Of a stretch of 64,000 nt of DNA, positions 1 to 12,700 are shown piece after piece (positions within the stretch are counted from its first letter, which is position 1; each line of letters starts with the position of its first letter). The position numbers and the translations under genes were made by a program. The DNA is from Haliotis rufescens. Taxonomy: Eukaryota. The notes under the pieces were generated by a model, which did not search any database, was not told the DNA's origin, and was given only the letters and a program-made list of their open reading frames with translations. The stretch lies in the NCBI RefSeq assembly GCF_023055435.1, contig NW_025964112.1, positions 13,020,001 through 13,084,000 of the forward strand, read 5' to 3'.

Positions 1-281
1 CAGGTGAGGGGACATATATAGATGAGGAGAGACAGAGCACCTGTAAAGTCTGTCCTGCAGGTGAGGGGTGGGGGTGTGAGGGGACATATATAGATGAGGA
101 GAGACAGAGCACCTGTAAAGTCTGTCCTGCAGGTGAGGGGACATATATAGATGAGGAGAGACAGAGCACCTGTAAAGTCTGTCCTGCAGGTGAGGGGTGG
201 GGGTGTGAGGGGACATATATAGATGAGGAGAGACAGAGCACCTGTAAAGTCTGTCCTGCAGGTGAGGGGTTGGGGGTGTGA
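1..281 (+). repeat. Tandem duplication of an exon 3' end plus its donor (alternating 57/72-bp units)
   Basis: GGGACATATATAGATGAGGAGAGACAGAGCACCTGTAAAGTCTGTCCTGCAG|GTGAGG x4; GT at 4, 61, 133, 190, 262. Confidence 0.9.
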
Positions 282-499
282 GAGACACAATGCATGTGAA
301 GTCTGTCAGGAAATGGTTAGGGTCGTGATGGAGACAACCTAGTTGAGGAGAGATGGAGGGGGTTGTGCCAGGTCAGATTCCCTTACCTGATTTCAACTCG
401 CTTACAATACATCGCTGCAGAAACCATTAATCATATGTTACCAAATTGGATGAAATCATAATTGTTTCACAGAGTTAAATATTTCCATTGTGTTGCCAG

Positions 500-716
500 G
501 TTTCTACTGTGTGTCCAACTCCTCGGACTACCGGAACCAACCATGCCCCATGGGTCATTACTGCCCTGCAGGAACCATGCGCAAGGATGAAAACAAGTGT
601 CCAGTTGGAACGTTCAATCCAGACAACTCCTCCACCAATGCCTCTGCTTGTCTCCCATGCACAGCTGGTTTCTACTGTCAGACAGAAGGGTTATCTGACC
701 CTACTGGCCAGTGCAG
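500..716 (+). CDS. Exon 1 (in window), Cys-rich repeats
   Basis: ccag|GTTTC...TGCAG|gtagtg; GFYCVSNSSDYRNQPCPMGHYCPAG. Confidence 0.85.
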
Positions 717-3700
717 GTAGTGACCCTTTTGTCAGCTTAGTTCAGCTAATAAAGGAAGCCTGAAAATGATATAATAATGAGTTTTCCTTGGGCAGTGTGG
801 CAAAAGCACCAAAATTCTCTGTGCACTCTGAAGTATCAGGATCTGCTGATTGTGTGTTTAAATCCCAAATTGACAGTATTTGTCTTGTCAACACCATATC
901 CATGCTCATGAGTGTTATAGATAAAACTGAATGATCTTTCCCCTTTAACACAATATGACATGATAAAATTCAAGTATGGTTCAAAGTGTTGAGAACCCAA
1001 CTCACTAAAGATTTGCCAAATGGGTAAAAAATTGGTTCTTTTTTGCCCCAAATCCTTTTGTAAGTCTCATGTGTCATAATGAAAAGTTTGCTTTCTGCAC
1101 CTGGAGCGGTGGGGTTGCCTTGATGTTAAAGCATCCACTTGTGACACCAAAGACCCACATGATTTGCCCATATAGATACAATGTAAGAAACCCATTTCTA
1201 GTGTCCCCTACCATGATATTGCTTGTTTATTGCTAAAAGCAGCATATAGTCATACTTAGTCACTCACTCATAGCATTCTGCTCCCTTCATTCTCCATCGT
1301 TTTGTCCTAGTGTCGGATGGTTCTGCCTTGGTGGCGCTGTCCAGACTAAGCCAACTGACCCAGCTCAGGGCGGGAAGTGTCTACGTGGCCAGTATTGCCC
1401 TGAGGGAAGCGCCAACTATACTCTCTGTGATGGCGGCAAGTACTGTCAGCAGGAGAGACTGGGAGAACCCACAGGAAACTGTACACAAGGTGGGTGGGGC
1501 TCTCCCTGTCTGGTCACATGGCAGGACATGTCATTTCTTGAATGCCCTCAGGAAAATGTAGGCAAATTATTTTGTGTGTTTAAGACGTAAAGCGGTTGTC
1601 TATAATTTTGGCTGATACTTGATAGTAAACAATGGTGTCTATTCTTTATCAGAATGAGTTGCATCCCTTTGTTGTGCCATGATCTGATGAATTTTGAATA
1701 TGTCAAGGACCAAACTGTTCAAACAGCATCAGACAAATTATTAAAAAGCACTTCAGCAAGACAAAATTGTTTTTAGATGTGTATACTTATGATATACAGA
1801 TTTATTAACCGGAATGTTTCTCTGTACTTCCATTAAAATCTCCTTGAAATTAACCTATTATGCTTGTCGACTAATGGGATCGGGACTTTGATGCCAATTG
1901 CGTTGATTGATGCTCATGATATCAATGACTGGATTGTCTGGTCCAGATTCGATTATTTACAGACTGTCGTCATATAGCTGTAATATAGCTGAGTGTGGCA
2001 TAAAACAACAGAAAACATACAAACAAACCTATTGTAAATAAGTAATATTGGACCTGATGTTTGTACGTATGGTAAATACTGAATGGTGTACATACCGTTG
2101 ATGTGGTTGACAAGTGTCTCATGCTGGCTATGTCCTACCCCCCCAGGGTACTACTGCATCCAGGCAGCAGAGTTCTACCGCCCCACTGATGGAGTGACTG
2201 GGGATATCTGCCCCATGGGGCACTACTGTCCCGTGGGAAGCCCTGGGCCTGTACCATGTCCGATAGGCTACTACCTGGACAGCACACGGAACAGTGACCC
2301 TTCCGCCTGCAAGATCTGCACACCAGGTGAGATGGTCATTGTATGTTATAGTCTTTGGAACCTCAGCTACTATTGCAATTTCATTTAAGATTTAATTACT
2401 ATTTTTGTGAGGTTAAGGCATAATTTTGCTGCTATGAAACTTTTTGTGACTGCAGTTTCTCATTTCAAGAGAAAAATAGAAATAGAACTTTCCTTGCTCA
2501 CCTAACCATTGGTTCCAGTACTTGACCTTTATTTGCGACTACAGAAGTAGAAATTACCTAGGATATTACCAAGCGTTAGTCACGCATTCCACAACTGTCA
2601 TTGTGAGTCCAGTGTGAATTCACAAAAGTAATTTATAGGTCTCAAAATCATTTTCGACAACCAGTTATTATTGGACTCCATGTTCCCATGTTTAAGCATT
2701 CCACTGAGTTTCTGCAGCACACCATTGGTCCATCATGTCTCCCCCATGTTCTCTGCAGGCAAGTACTGTGAACAAGAAGGGCTAGAAACACCAAATGGGG
2801 ACTGTGCCCCTGGCTTCTACTGCCCAGCAGGGGCCATCGTGGCGACGCCCGGCAACAACTCCTGCCAACCCGGCTACTACTGCGTGGGCGGTAAAGAGGC
2901 TGCCGTTGCCTGCCCTGCCGGATCCTACCAGGTACACAATCAGCACATCGCCTTGCCTTGCTGTCACACCTGTCCTTAATCATCCTTCACTTGAAAGATT
3001 GATGTTACTTTTAATATAGCCAGAATGGACTCTGCTTATAGCCAAGATTTTTTATGATTATTATGGAATGACTTTTATAGCTTTTATTTACATATTGAAA
3101 CCCATTAAAGGCCACCAATAAGAATAAGAATGTTATCTGATATGGTATTATTTGTCTCCAAACATTTTTTACGTTTAAAAAACAACCTTAGGTACCTTTT
3201 TGAAATCAATTTCCAAATAAGTCTAATTGATACTTATTGTAATGATACCTATTGGTCTCCTTGCCCCTGCACATTGTTCCACCGTTTTTACCATTGTTCT
3301 ACCTGTTACAACCGTTGATCTACCTGCCATACTCATTGTTCTACCTGCCATGCTCATTGTTCTACCTGTTTTTACCACTGTTCTACCTCTTACAACCATT
3401 GGTCTACCTGCAATGCTCATTGTTCTACCTGCCATGCTCATTGTTCTATCTGTTTTTACCACTGTTCATCCTGTTATAACCATTGTTCTACCTGCCATGC
3501 TCATTGTTCTATCTGTTTTTACCACTGTTCATCCTGTTATAACCATTGTTCTACCTGCCATGCTCATTGTTCTACCTGTCTTTACCACTGTTTTTCCTGT
3601 TATAACCATTGTTCTACCTGCCATGCTCATTGTTCTACCTGTTTTTACCACTGTTCATCCTGTTATAACCATTGTTCTACCTGCCATGCTCATTGTTCTA

Positions 3701-6700
3701 CCTGTTTTTACCACTGTTCATCCTGTTATAACCATTGTTCTACCTGCCATGCTCATTGTCCTACCTGTTTTTACCACTGTTCATCCTGTTATAACCATTG
3801 TTCTACCTGCCATGCTCATTGTTCTACCTGCCATGCTCATTGTTCTACCTGTTTTTACCACTGTTCATCCTGTTGTTACCATTGTTCTACCTGCCATGCT
3901 CATTGTTCTACCTGTCTTTACCACTGTTTTTCCTGTTATAACCATTATTCTACCTGCCATGCTCATTGTCCTACCTGTTTTTACCACTGTTCATCCTGTT
4001 ATAACCATTGTTCTACCTGCCATGCTCATTGTTCTACCTGCCATGCTCATTGTCCTACCTGTTTTTACCACTGTTCATCCTGTTATAACCATTGTTCTAC
4101 CTGCCATGCTCATTGTTCTACCTGCCATGCTCATTGTTCTACCTGTTTTTACCACTGTTCTTCCTGTTGTAACCATTGTTCTACCTGCCATGCTCATTGT
4201 TCTACCTGCCATGCTCATTGTTCTACCTGTTTTTACCACTGTTCTTCCTGTTGTAACCATTGTTCTACCTGCCATGCTCATTGTTCTACCTGCCATGCTC
4301 ATTGTTCTACCTGTTTTTACCACTGTTCTTCCTGTTGTAACCATTGTTCTACCTGCCATGCTCATTGTCCTACCTGTTTTTACCACTGTTCTTCCTGTTG
4401 TAACCATTGTTCTACCTGCCATGCTCATTGTCCTACCTGTTTTTACCACTGTTCATCCTGTTATAACCATTGTTCTACCTGACATGCTCATTGTTCTACC
4501 TGCCATGCTCATTGTTCTACCTGTTTTTACCACTGTTCATCCTGTTGTTACCATTGTTCTACCTGCCATGCTCATTGTTCTACCTGCCATGCTCATTGTT
4601 CTACCCACTATGTTCCTGTAGGATCTGCCCCAGCAGACAGACTGTAAGGTGTGCCCTGCCGGCTTCTACTGCAATGCCACTGCAGGCCCCGTGGTCAGGT
4701 ACGATGGAACCATCTGCCCAGAGGGCTACTACTGCCCTAACGGCACACAGTATGCCGACCAGTATCCGTGTCCACTGGGAACATACAACAACAGGACAGG
4801 TAATGTCACTGATGGCAGGTCATTCTACTTACGATTATGTTCACTCAGTTTAATGACAGCAGAAACTTGCCGTGTTCAAGTAAATGGTAGCAGTCCAATT
4901 TGGGGTAACAAAACGCTTTAGGTGCAGCATAGCTGAAGGGCTACAGTTAAAGGATAGCTGAAGGATTTGGTAAGAGCTTTGCTGACGTCTTATGCTGGAA
5001 CATTGCTGGAGGGCTATGATAGAGCTGTGCTGTGGGGCCTTGGTTAGAGCTGTGCTGTGGGGCCTTGGTAAGAGCTGTGCTGAAGTCTATGCCGGAACAT
5101 TGCAGGAGGGCTATATTAGAGCTGTGCTGTGGGATCATGGACAGAGCTCTGCTGAAGTCTTATGTTGGAACATTGATGAAGGGCTATGTTAGAGCTGTGC
5201 TGTGGGGTAATGGACAGAGCACTGCTGAAGTCTTATGCTAGAACATTGCAGGGGGGCTATGTTAGAGCTGTGCTGTGGGATCATGGACAGAGCTCTGCTG
5301 AAGTCTTATGCTCGAACATTGTTGAAGGGCTATGTTAGAGCTGTGCTGTGGGGTAATGGACAGAGCTTTGCTGAAGTCTTATGCTGGAACATTGTTGAAG
5401 GGCTATGTTAGAGCTGTGCTGTGGGGTCATGGACAGAGCTCTGCTGAAGTCTTATGCTGGAACATTGCTAAAGGGCTATGTTAGAGCTGTGCTGTGGGGT
5501 CATGGACAGAGCTCTGCTGAAGGGTCTTATAAGAACATCACTGATAAGTTGTTGGTATTTCAGGCCTCACCAACGTGAGTGAATGCTCCGTGTGTGTCGG
5601 TGGAATGGCATGTGACATGGAAGGCCTCACCTACCCCATCAGACCTTGTGATGACGGCTACTTCTGCCGAGAAGGTGCAACATCAACAACTCCTAGTCAA
5701 GGTATGCAGCATTGTGTGACTAGCTTTACATATCTAAAGGCATACAGTTTTTAAAGAGTAAAGGAGACTGGGGTATAAAAGTTTCAAGCTAATCAATTCA
5801 TTTGAAACTATGTATTAAAATCACTGTCAGTGCCTGCATACACCATCTTTTGATATTTGAGGGAAGGCATTGTCAGATGTTCCTGGTTGTAATAGAATTG
5901 ATTTAGCTTATCATTGAGCAGTACTGACCATTGTTACAATGAAATGGCTCTTTTTACCATGACTTTGAACAATATTACGATAACATGAACACTTGTTGCT
6001 ATAACACTGACCTTTATATAATACCATTCTGTTGTCCTCCACCAGGAGTCCAGGCAGACATCTGTCCGACGGGCTACTTCTGTCCTCAGGGGACTGACGA
6101 CCCTCTGCCGTGTCCTCAGAGGACCTACAACCCAAACACCAACATCTACAGGGAGGACCAGTGTGTCAACTGTACTGGAGGATCCTACTGCAACCAAACA
6201 GGTGCTGTAGGCAAACAAAGTAGCCTGCCAGGCAGTGTCTGGAGTATAGTGATACTCACAAATATACATGTTTTAACATCATCATTACCAGGACAGCGAC
6301 AGGTCCCGGATTTCTCAAGAGTCGGGTGCACACTACCCAAGTTACTAGTATTTAAGATGTGGATGTTTAAGTTGCTAAGGTGCATCCCCTTGGTTTTAAC
6401 ATAGGAAGAGGGGAGTTGAGGAGGCACACACGGTTTGGGGGTGCTTATTAGGTTGAATACAGTAATGGCAAAATGATAGAGATTGCACACTTTGCTGTTC
6501 TTGCAGCCCTAGAAGAGACACAGTAAAACATGGTTGCTGTGGTTGTATGTTCACATTTTGTCAGGCTTGCTTTCACATGCCAGTTGGCATAACCATGGGA
6601 ACCTGAACAGCTTGAAAAAAATGTGAGATCTTCAACCCAGATTCCCTTTCATACCCCCTCATTCTAAGTACCAAAAACTTGCACTATAGATGGTGATAAA

Positions 6701-9700
6701 TGGAACACAATATAGCTTAATGTTGGAAGTTCACTAGTCATCAATCCCATTTATCCCTGAAATTGCTCTTCTTGTTGCTAAAGGTACTTTGATTTCAGGA
6801 CTGTCTGCTCCAAGCGGCCTATGCAACGAGAAATACTACTGCCCAAAAGGGTCCGAGGTGGCCACGGAGCTCGTATGTATCGAGGGCCACTACTGTGGCC
6901 TTGGCACTCACTACCCTGCTCAGTGCCCCAATGGGACCTACTCCAACCAGACTGGCTTGGCGTATGAGAGTGAATGTACCCCCTGCCTTCCAGGCTACTA
7001 CTGTAACGGCTTTGGGCTGACGGCCCTCAGTGGTCCTTGCAAGGAAGGTCAGTATCACACCAGTCAGGACCAGTGATAGTATTATGTAAAGATAATGGGG
7101 AAAATTAATGGTTTAACAAAATTTTGAGTAAATTCTTGGCAACAAGGTTTAATTGTTCTACAATGTGCCACAATGTCTTCACTTACAAGGCAATAAACAT
7201 GCGTAACAGTTGGGGTGCTGGAGTTCTTTTGACAGAGTTAGAATGGGTCCTCAGGAACCTGTGTAGGTCATAAAAGGCAACTTTATGAATCTGGTGGTCA
7301 GGCTCTGTGACTTGGCTGATCATATGGATCATTGCTAAAAATATCAGTCACTGGATTGTCTGGTCCAGACTTAATTATTTACAAGGAACCATCAAATAAT
7401 TTGAATATAGGAAAGTGCAAACTTCATATGAAAAAAAACAACCCTATTTGTACAGGCTACTACTGCCCTGCTGGATCGAGCGTGGAGACACAGATCGTCT
7501 GTCCTGCAGCCAAGCAGTGCCCTCTGGGCAGTGCAGCCCCTCAAGACTGCCCCGCTGGCTTCTTTGTGGATTATGATGGTGCTTCTGAGTGTCGGCCATG
7601 TCCAGAAGGTGAGCATTATTTAGTCAAAGATTTTCATTTGCTAAAAATGATTTAACTTATTGGGTGATAAAAAAATATGAAAGCCACAAATGTAAAGTGT
7701 ATGTAATAATGTAATACCTGTTACAACCATAGCTATGCAGTGATGCTAAAGCATGTCCCAACATTTATGTTGATATTCCCACCGGCTGGTAAACTGAAAT
7801 AAAGCCTGTCTGTCTGAATGGAGGGTGAAATATTGTGTACTCCCACTTTACACAAAAGTATTTACCAACCATTCAAACTGTGTACTTTGCTGGTCCTTTC
7901 TTTCACCTGGAACTATTTTTTGCTGGCAGAATTTTGAGATTGTTGGTTCATATCTCTCCCAACAGTTACGAGGGGTCTGCACCATCACTCAATGGGTTAA
8001 ATACACAGTTTGATTCTTCCCCACATCAGTAAAACACCTTCACATGACAACTGCTGGGAATGTTTGCTTCCTTTGGCCTGTCTTTCCATGTTTAAAGGGG
8101 TGGTCGGGTAGCCTAGTGGTTAAAGCGTCGCTCATCACGTCGAAGACCCGGGTTCAATTCCCGACATGGGTACAGTGTGTGAAGCCCATTTCTGGTGTCC
8201 CCCGCCGTGATATTGCTGGAACATTGCTGAAAGGGGCGTAATAACATACTCACTCACTCCATGTTTGAAAGGAATATCTTGACCTCAAATCAGTGTCTCT
8301 TCATCACTCGTGGCCAGTTACTTGGAATGTTGCAAGGAGATAAAGTGGAATGTCATTTGTCATAAAACTGTATTTTTGGAATTGGAATGTGACCTTTCAT
8401 TTATCTGACACTGATGTTGTTTTTTCCAGGGTATTACTGCATCCCAGAGTTGACAGTGGCAGGAGATGCAGCCTCCTCCAAACACCCCTGCCCTGAGGGA
8501 TTCTTCTGTCCGAATGGGACGGGTCACGACTGGCAGTCTTGCCCCGCCGGCACCTACAGCAGCGTGACTGGCCTGAAGGAGGCTGCGGAGTGCACCCCCT
8601 GTACTGGGGGCCAGTACTGCCAAGGTACGACCGCAGCCTGCAGTGTTAAGATGTTGGGGCTGCCTTGTAAACAAGGTGTTTGCATGTCATGGAGGATCAT
8701 GTTAGATACCACACATGGGTACAATGTTTGAACCCCAATTTCCATGTCCTCCCTCCATGATGTAGCTGGAATATTGCTAAAAATGGTTTTAAACTATTCT
8801 TGCTCATTATCTCAAGATGAATGTTCTTCATGTTGTTGTCATGAGCTAGCACATTTATATGCCCTCAGAAATGGGTGAAGCACACAATAAGACTGACATT
8901 TTACGTCACCTGTTCACTTCACTTCACCAAATATGGAATGATGCACAATCTGATTTCATCGCATACAAAATATCTTGGAAATAGCTATTTATTCTGCTGT
9001 TAGTATAACAACTTACCATCATGATAAAGTGCAATTTGCAGAAATATAGGGCATTCTTCCCTATAATCCCTGTGAATCCTTGTTTACCCTGATTATGTTT
9101 CTAACATTATCAGCACTATACCCATACTAAAGGGTTTCACCAAAGTGGTATAAAACATCTAAGACCTGCTTTCCTCATCAAACCAACATGCAGTGATATA
9201 ACTGAAATAGTGCTAAAAGCAACATTAAACCAGCCTCACTCACACAGTGGTAATAACATTTGATTGGATGTTGAGTGTACATGACTATGACCATTGTTTC
9301 TTCCATACAGGTTCCAACCTGACCACCCCATCCGGGCAGTGTAGCCCTGGCTTCTACTGTGTGTCCGGAGTGGACAAGGCAGATCCTGTCATGCTCGATG
9401 AGAACCAGTGCCCAAGCACAAGTGTCCATCCAATCATAGGACACATCTGTCCAACAGGACACTACTGCCCATTAGGTACAGAGTACCCCATTGGCTGTCC
9501 ACCAGGATCCTACAACGATTTACCCAATCAGATGGATTGTAAGATCTGTCCTGCAGGGTACTACTGCTTGGCTAACACGACAGACTATCTGCCATTTGTC
9601 TGTCCTTCTGGGTACTACTGTGAGAAGAACACCACTGATCCGAAGCAGTACCCCTGCCCCCCTGGGTCCATGAACAACCTCACCACACAGCAGACCATCG

Positions 9701-12700
9701 CTTCCTGCGTCCCCTGCACTCCGGGCAAGTACTGTGCGGGAGACGGCAACGCCTACCCAACCAATGACTGCAATGGGGGATGGTACTGTATAAATGGCTC
9801 CTATGAGGTACAGGTAGGTTGACTTTGAAATCAGTTATATTGAAGCTTTTGTCAGGCACAAACCCCTTAGTGAAACACCCAATCATAAGCACATCTATAT
9901 TGCCATATACAATGTGTGAAGCCCATTTCTGGTGTCTCCTGCCGTGACCCACTCACTCACTCACTCACTCACTCACTCACTCACTCACTCACTCACTCAC
10001 TCACTCACTCACTCACTCACTCACTCACTCACTCACTCACTCCGAAAAGCCAGGTTTGATTCCCCACACTGGTAGCTTGAAGTCTGAATCTGAATCTGGG
10101 TATCCCCTGTATCCTCATTTATCAGGGTATTATTTCTCCATTCTGTTACAATAAATACCCTAGACCCATTCTCCACAATAGTGTTTTGAGCCTGATTCAT
10201 ATTACATGGTCCAAAGAATACCCATCCAATCAAATAACACTACTGTGCTTAGTTATAACAGCGACTGAGATGGCACTTCTGAAATAAAGCTTTGGTGCCA
10301 AATTGTAATTGAGAATGTGCAAAAGCACACTCACTCACTCACTCTGCTGCTCAAAATGAGATAAATATAACTGTAGCATCTTCTCAGTTGAAACTTAACA
10401 AGAATAACAAGTGAATGTGTTTTACCTGGCCCTATCTGATCTTACAGCCATCATCGAATGGTGGTCGGTGTCAGCCGGGCTTCTTCTGCCCCGTGGGATC
10501 TTTCGAAATGACACAATGTACTCCTGGCAAATACTGCAAGACTGTTGGCCTGGCTGCACCTACTGGTGACTGTAACGAAGGCTACTACTGCCCCCTTGGT
10601 TCAACTGAGTTCTCACAGGAAAGGTGCCCTGTTGGTCACTACTGCCCAATCGGATCACCAGAACCCACAGCTTGTCGGAACGGAACCTATGGCCCAGTGG
10701 AGAGATTGCTATCTGAAGGAGAGTGTGAGGCGTGTGATGGAGGCTACTTCTGTAATGGCACAGGCCTCAGCGCCGTCACTGGGGAGTGTGATGCAGGTAG
10801 GTGGACATGCTTGTGTGAAATGTGAAAAATAAGATGTCTTGTCTTTGTATTTAGATTAAGATATAATGATATAATATGATCAGGGCCCTCCTGTATCGAG
10901 CATGGGTCAGACTAACATGGATTCAAGTACGCCGGATCATTGGAGATAACTCACATCATCGCTTCTCTATTTGAAGCTGCAGCACTGGTAGAGAAACTCA
11001 AAGTGTCTGAACATATTTTGGCTTAGATGAGTGTGCGAAAAAAATACAAACTGTAAATTATGTGGCATTTTGCCATTGAAATCAGATCACTTTTTTGTAC
11101 CTGTCAGTTTATTGTCTAGTCATCTGTCAGCCACGTTGTCCCACAGTATTCTTATATATTGCGTAACTCTATCAGTCAATGTATTGTCTAGTTATCTGTC
11201 AGCCACGTTGTCCCACAGTATTCTTATATATTGCGTAACTCTATCAGTCAATGTATTGTCTAGTTATCTGTCAGCCACGTTGTCCCACAGTATTCTTATA
11301 TATTGCGTAACTCTATCAGTCAATGTATTGCCTAGTTATCTGTCAGCCACATTGTCACACAGTATTCTTATACATTGCGTAACTCTATCAGTCAATGTAT
11401 TGACTGTAAAAACTATGAATATAACTCATTAATTTTCATGATATGTTAATACAACATCTATAGGCGGGGTAACACTTGTGTGCGAGACCTGACAAATATC
11501 AAGTCTTTCCTTTATGTTTGCGTTTAAGATTAGTGGTAGGATTATATTGACTAAAGTATGGGCAGTAACAAGTATATAGACATTTTGCATTCACAATCGG
11601 ACAATTCTGGCACGCAGACCGGTTTCTGAATCTTTGGTTAGCACTTTTTAAAGAAACAGCATTTTTTCAGAGTAGTACAAGCAGACAAATGCACACACAC
11701 ATGCATGCATGTCGCTATGTAAGTGCAATACTGTTTAACCCCATTTCACCTCTCCTATATATGTTGGAGCATGTCACGCAATTTACCAAACAGTGTGACC
11801 AATAAACAGATATTTAGACTATCTATACTATTACAAAAAAGGACACAAATATTTCTGAACATTCTGCTGACACATGCATGTACTCCTCTCCAGGGTTCTA
11901 CTGCCCCGGGGGTCAGACCATCCCCAGACCGTATGAGTATCTGTGTCCTGAGGGTCACTACTGTCTTCAGAAGACTGCCACACCCACACGCTGTGACCCA
12001 GGCTTCTACCAGGACGAGATGGGGAAAGACTCCTGTGACCCCTGCCCTCAAGGTGAGAATCTTGGAGTGTTACAAGCCTTGATTATCCCAGTATTATATC
12101 TTTATAGTAGGGGGTGGCACGGGTGGCACGGGTGGCCCAGTCGTCTAAGGCGCCATGATTCGCTGTGCAGAGTTGCGTCCCTTGGGCACGCCAGAAACCT
12201 ATGATTGTGGGTTCGAATCCCGGTTCGCCCTGATTATGTTTCTAGGTTTGTCAGCACCATACCAGTGCTCGTTGGTTTCACCGAAGTGGTAAACGTCTGA
12301 GACCTGCATCACTTCGGGCTTTCCTCCCACATTAAGCTGACATGCCGTGATATAACTGGAATACTGTTAAAAGCGGCGTTAAACCCGACTCACTCACTCA
12401 CTCACTCACTTTATAGTAGGGCTGTGATGGGTAACTCTGGTACTCAGGTCGGGTGGGTAAGGAGTAGGACCCACGTACCCACTAGGGGTACCTGGCTTGG
12501 TAGTAAACTTTGACTCATCCCAGCCCAACTTCATGCTATTGTGATAATACCCTGGACCCACTTGCCACCCAAGCTTTGTTTTGGAACGATGTCACCATCT
12601 CTATTTCACATATCAGAGTCATTTGATTACACAAATATTTTTATCGTCTTTCCATACAAATCATGCTCAGAACGAAGCAAAGTAGCAAATGGATCCATGC

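Noticed and set aside
3227-4621. 464-aa hydrophobic ORF as a real membrane protein
   Set aside because: It is the translation of a 21-bp minisatellite inside an intron, and exons 4 and 5 join in phase without it.
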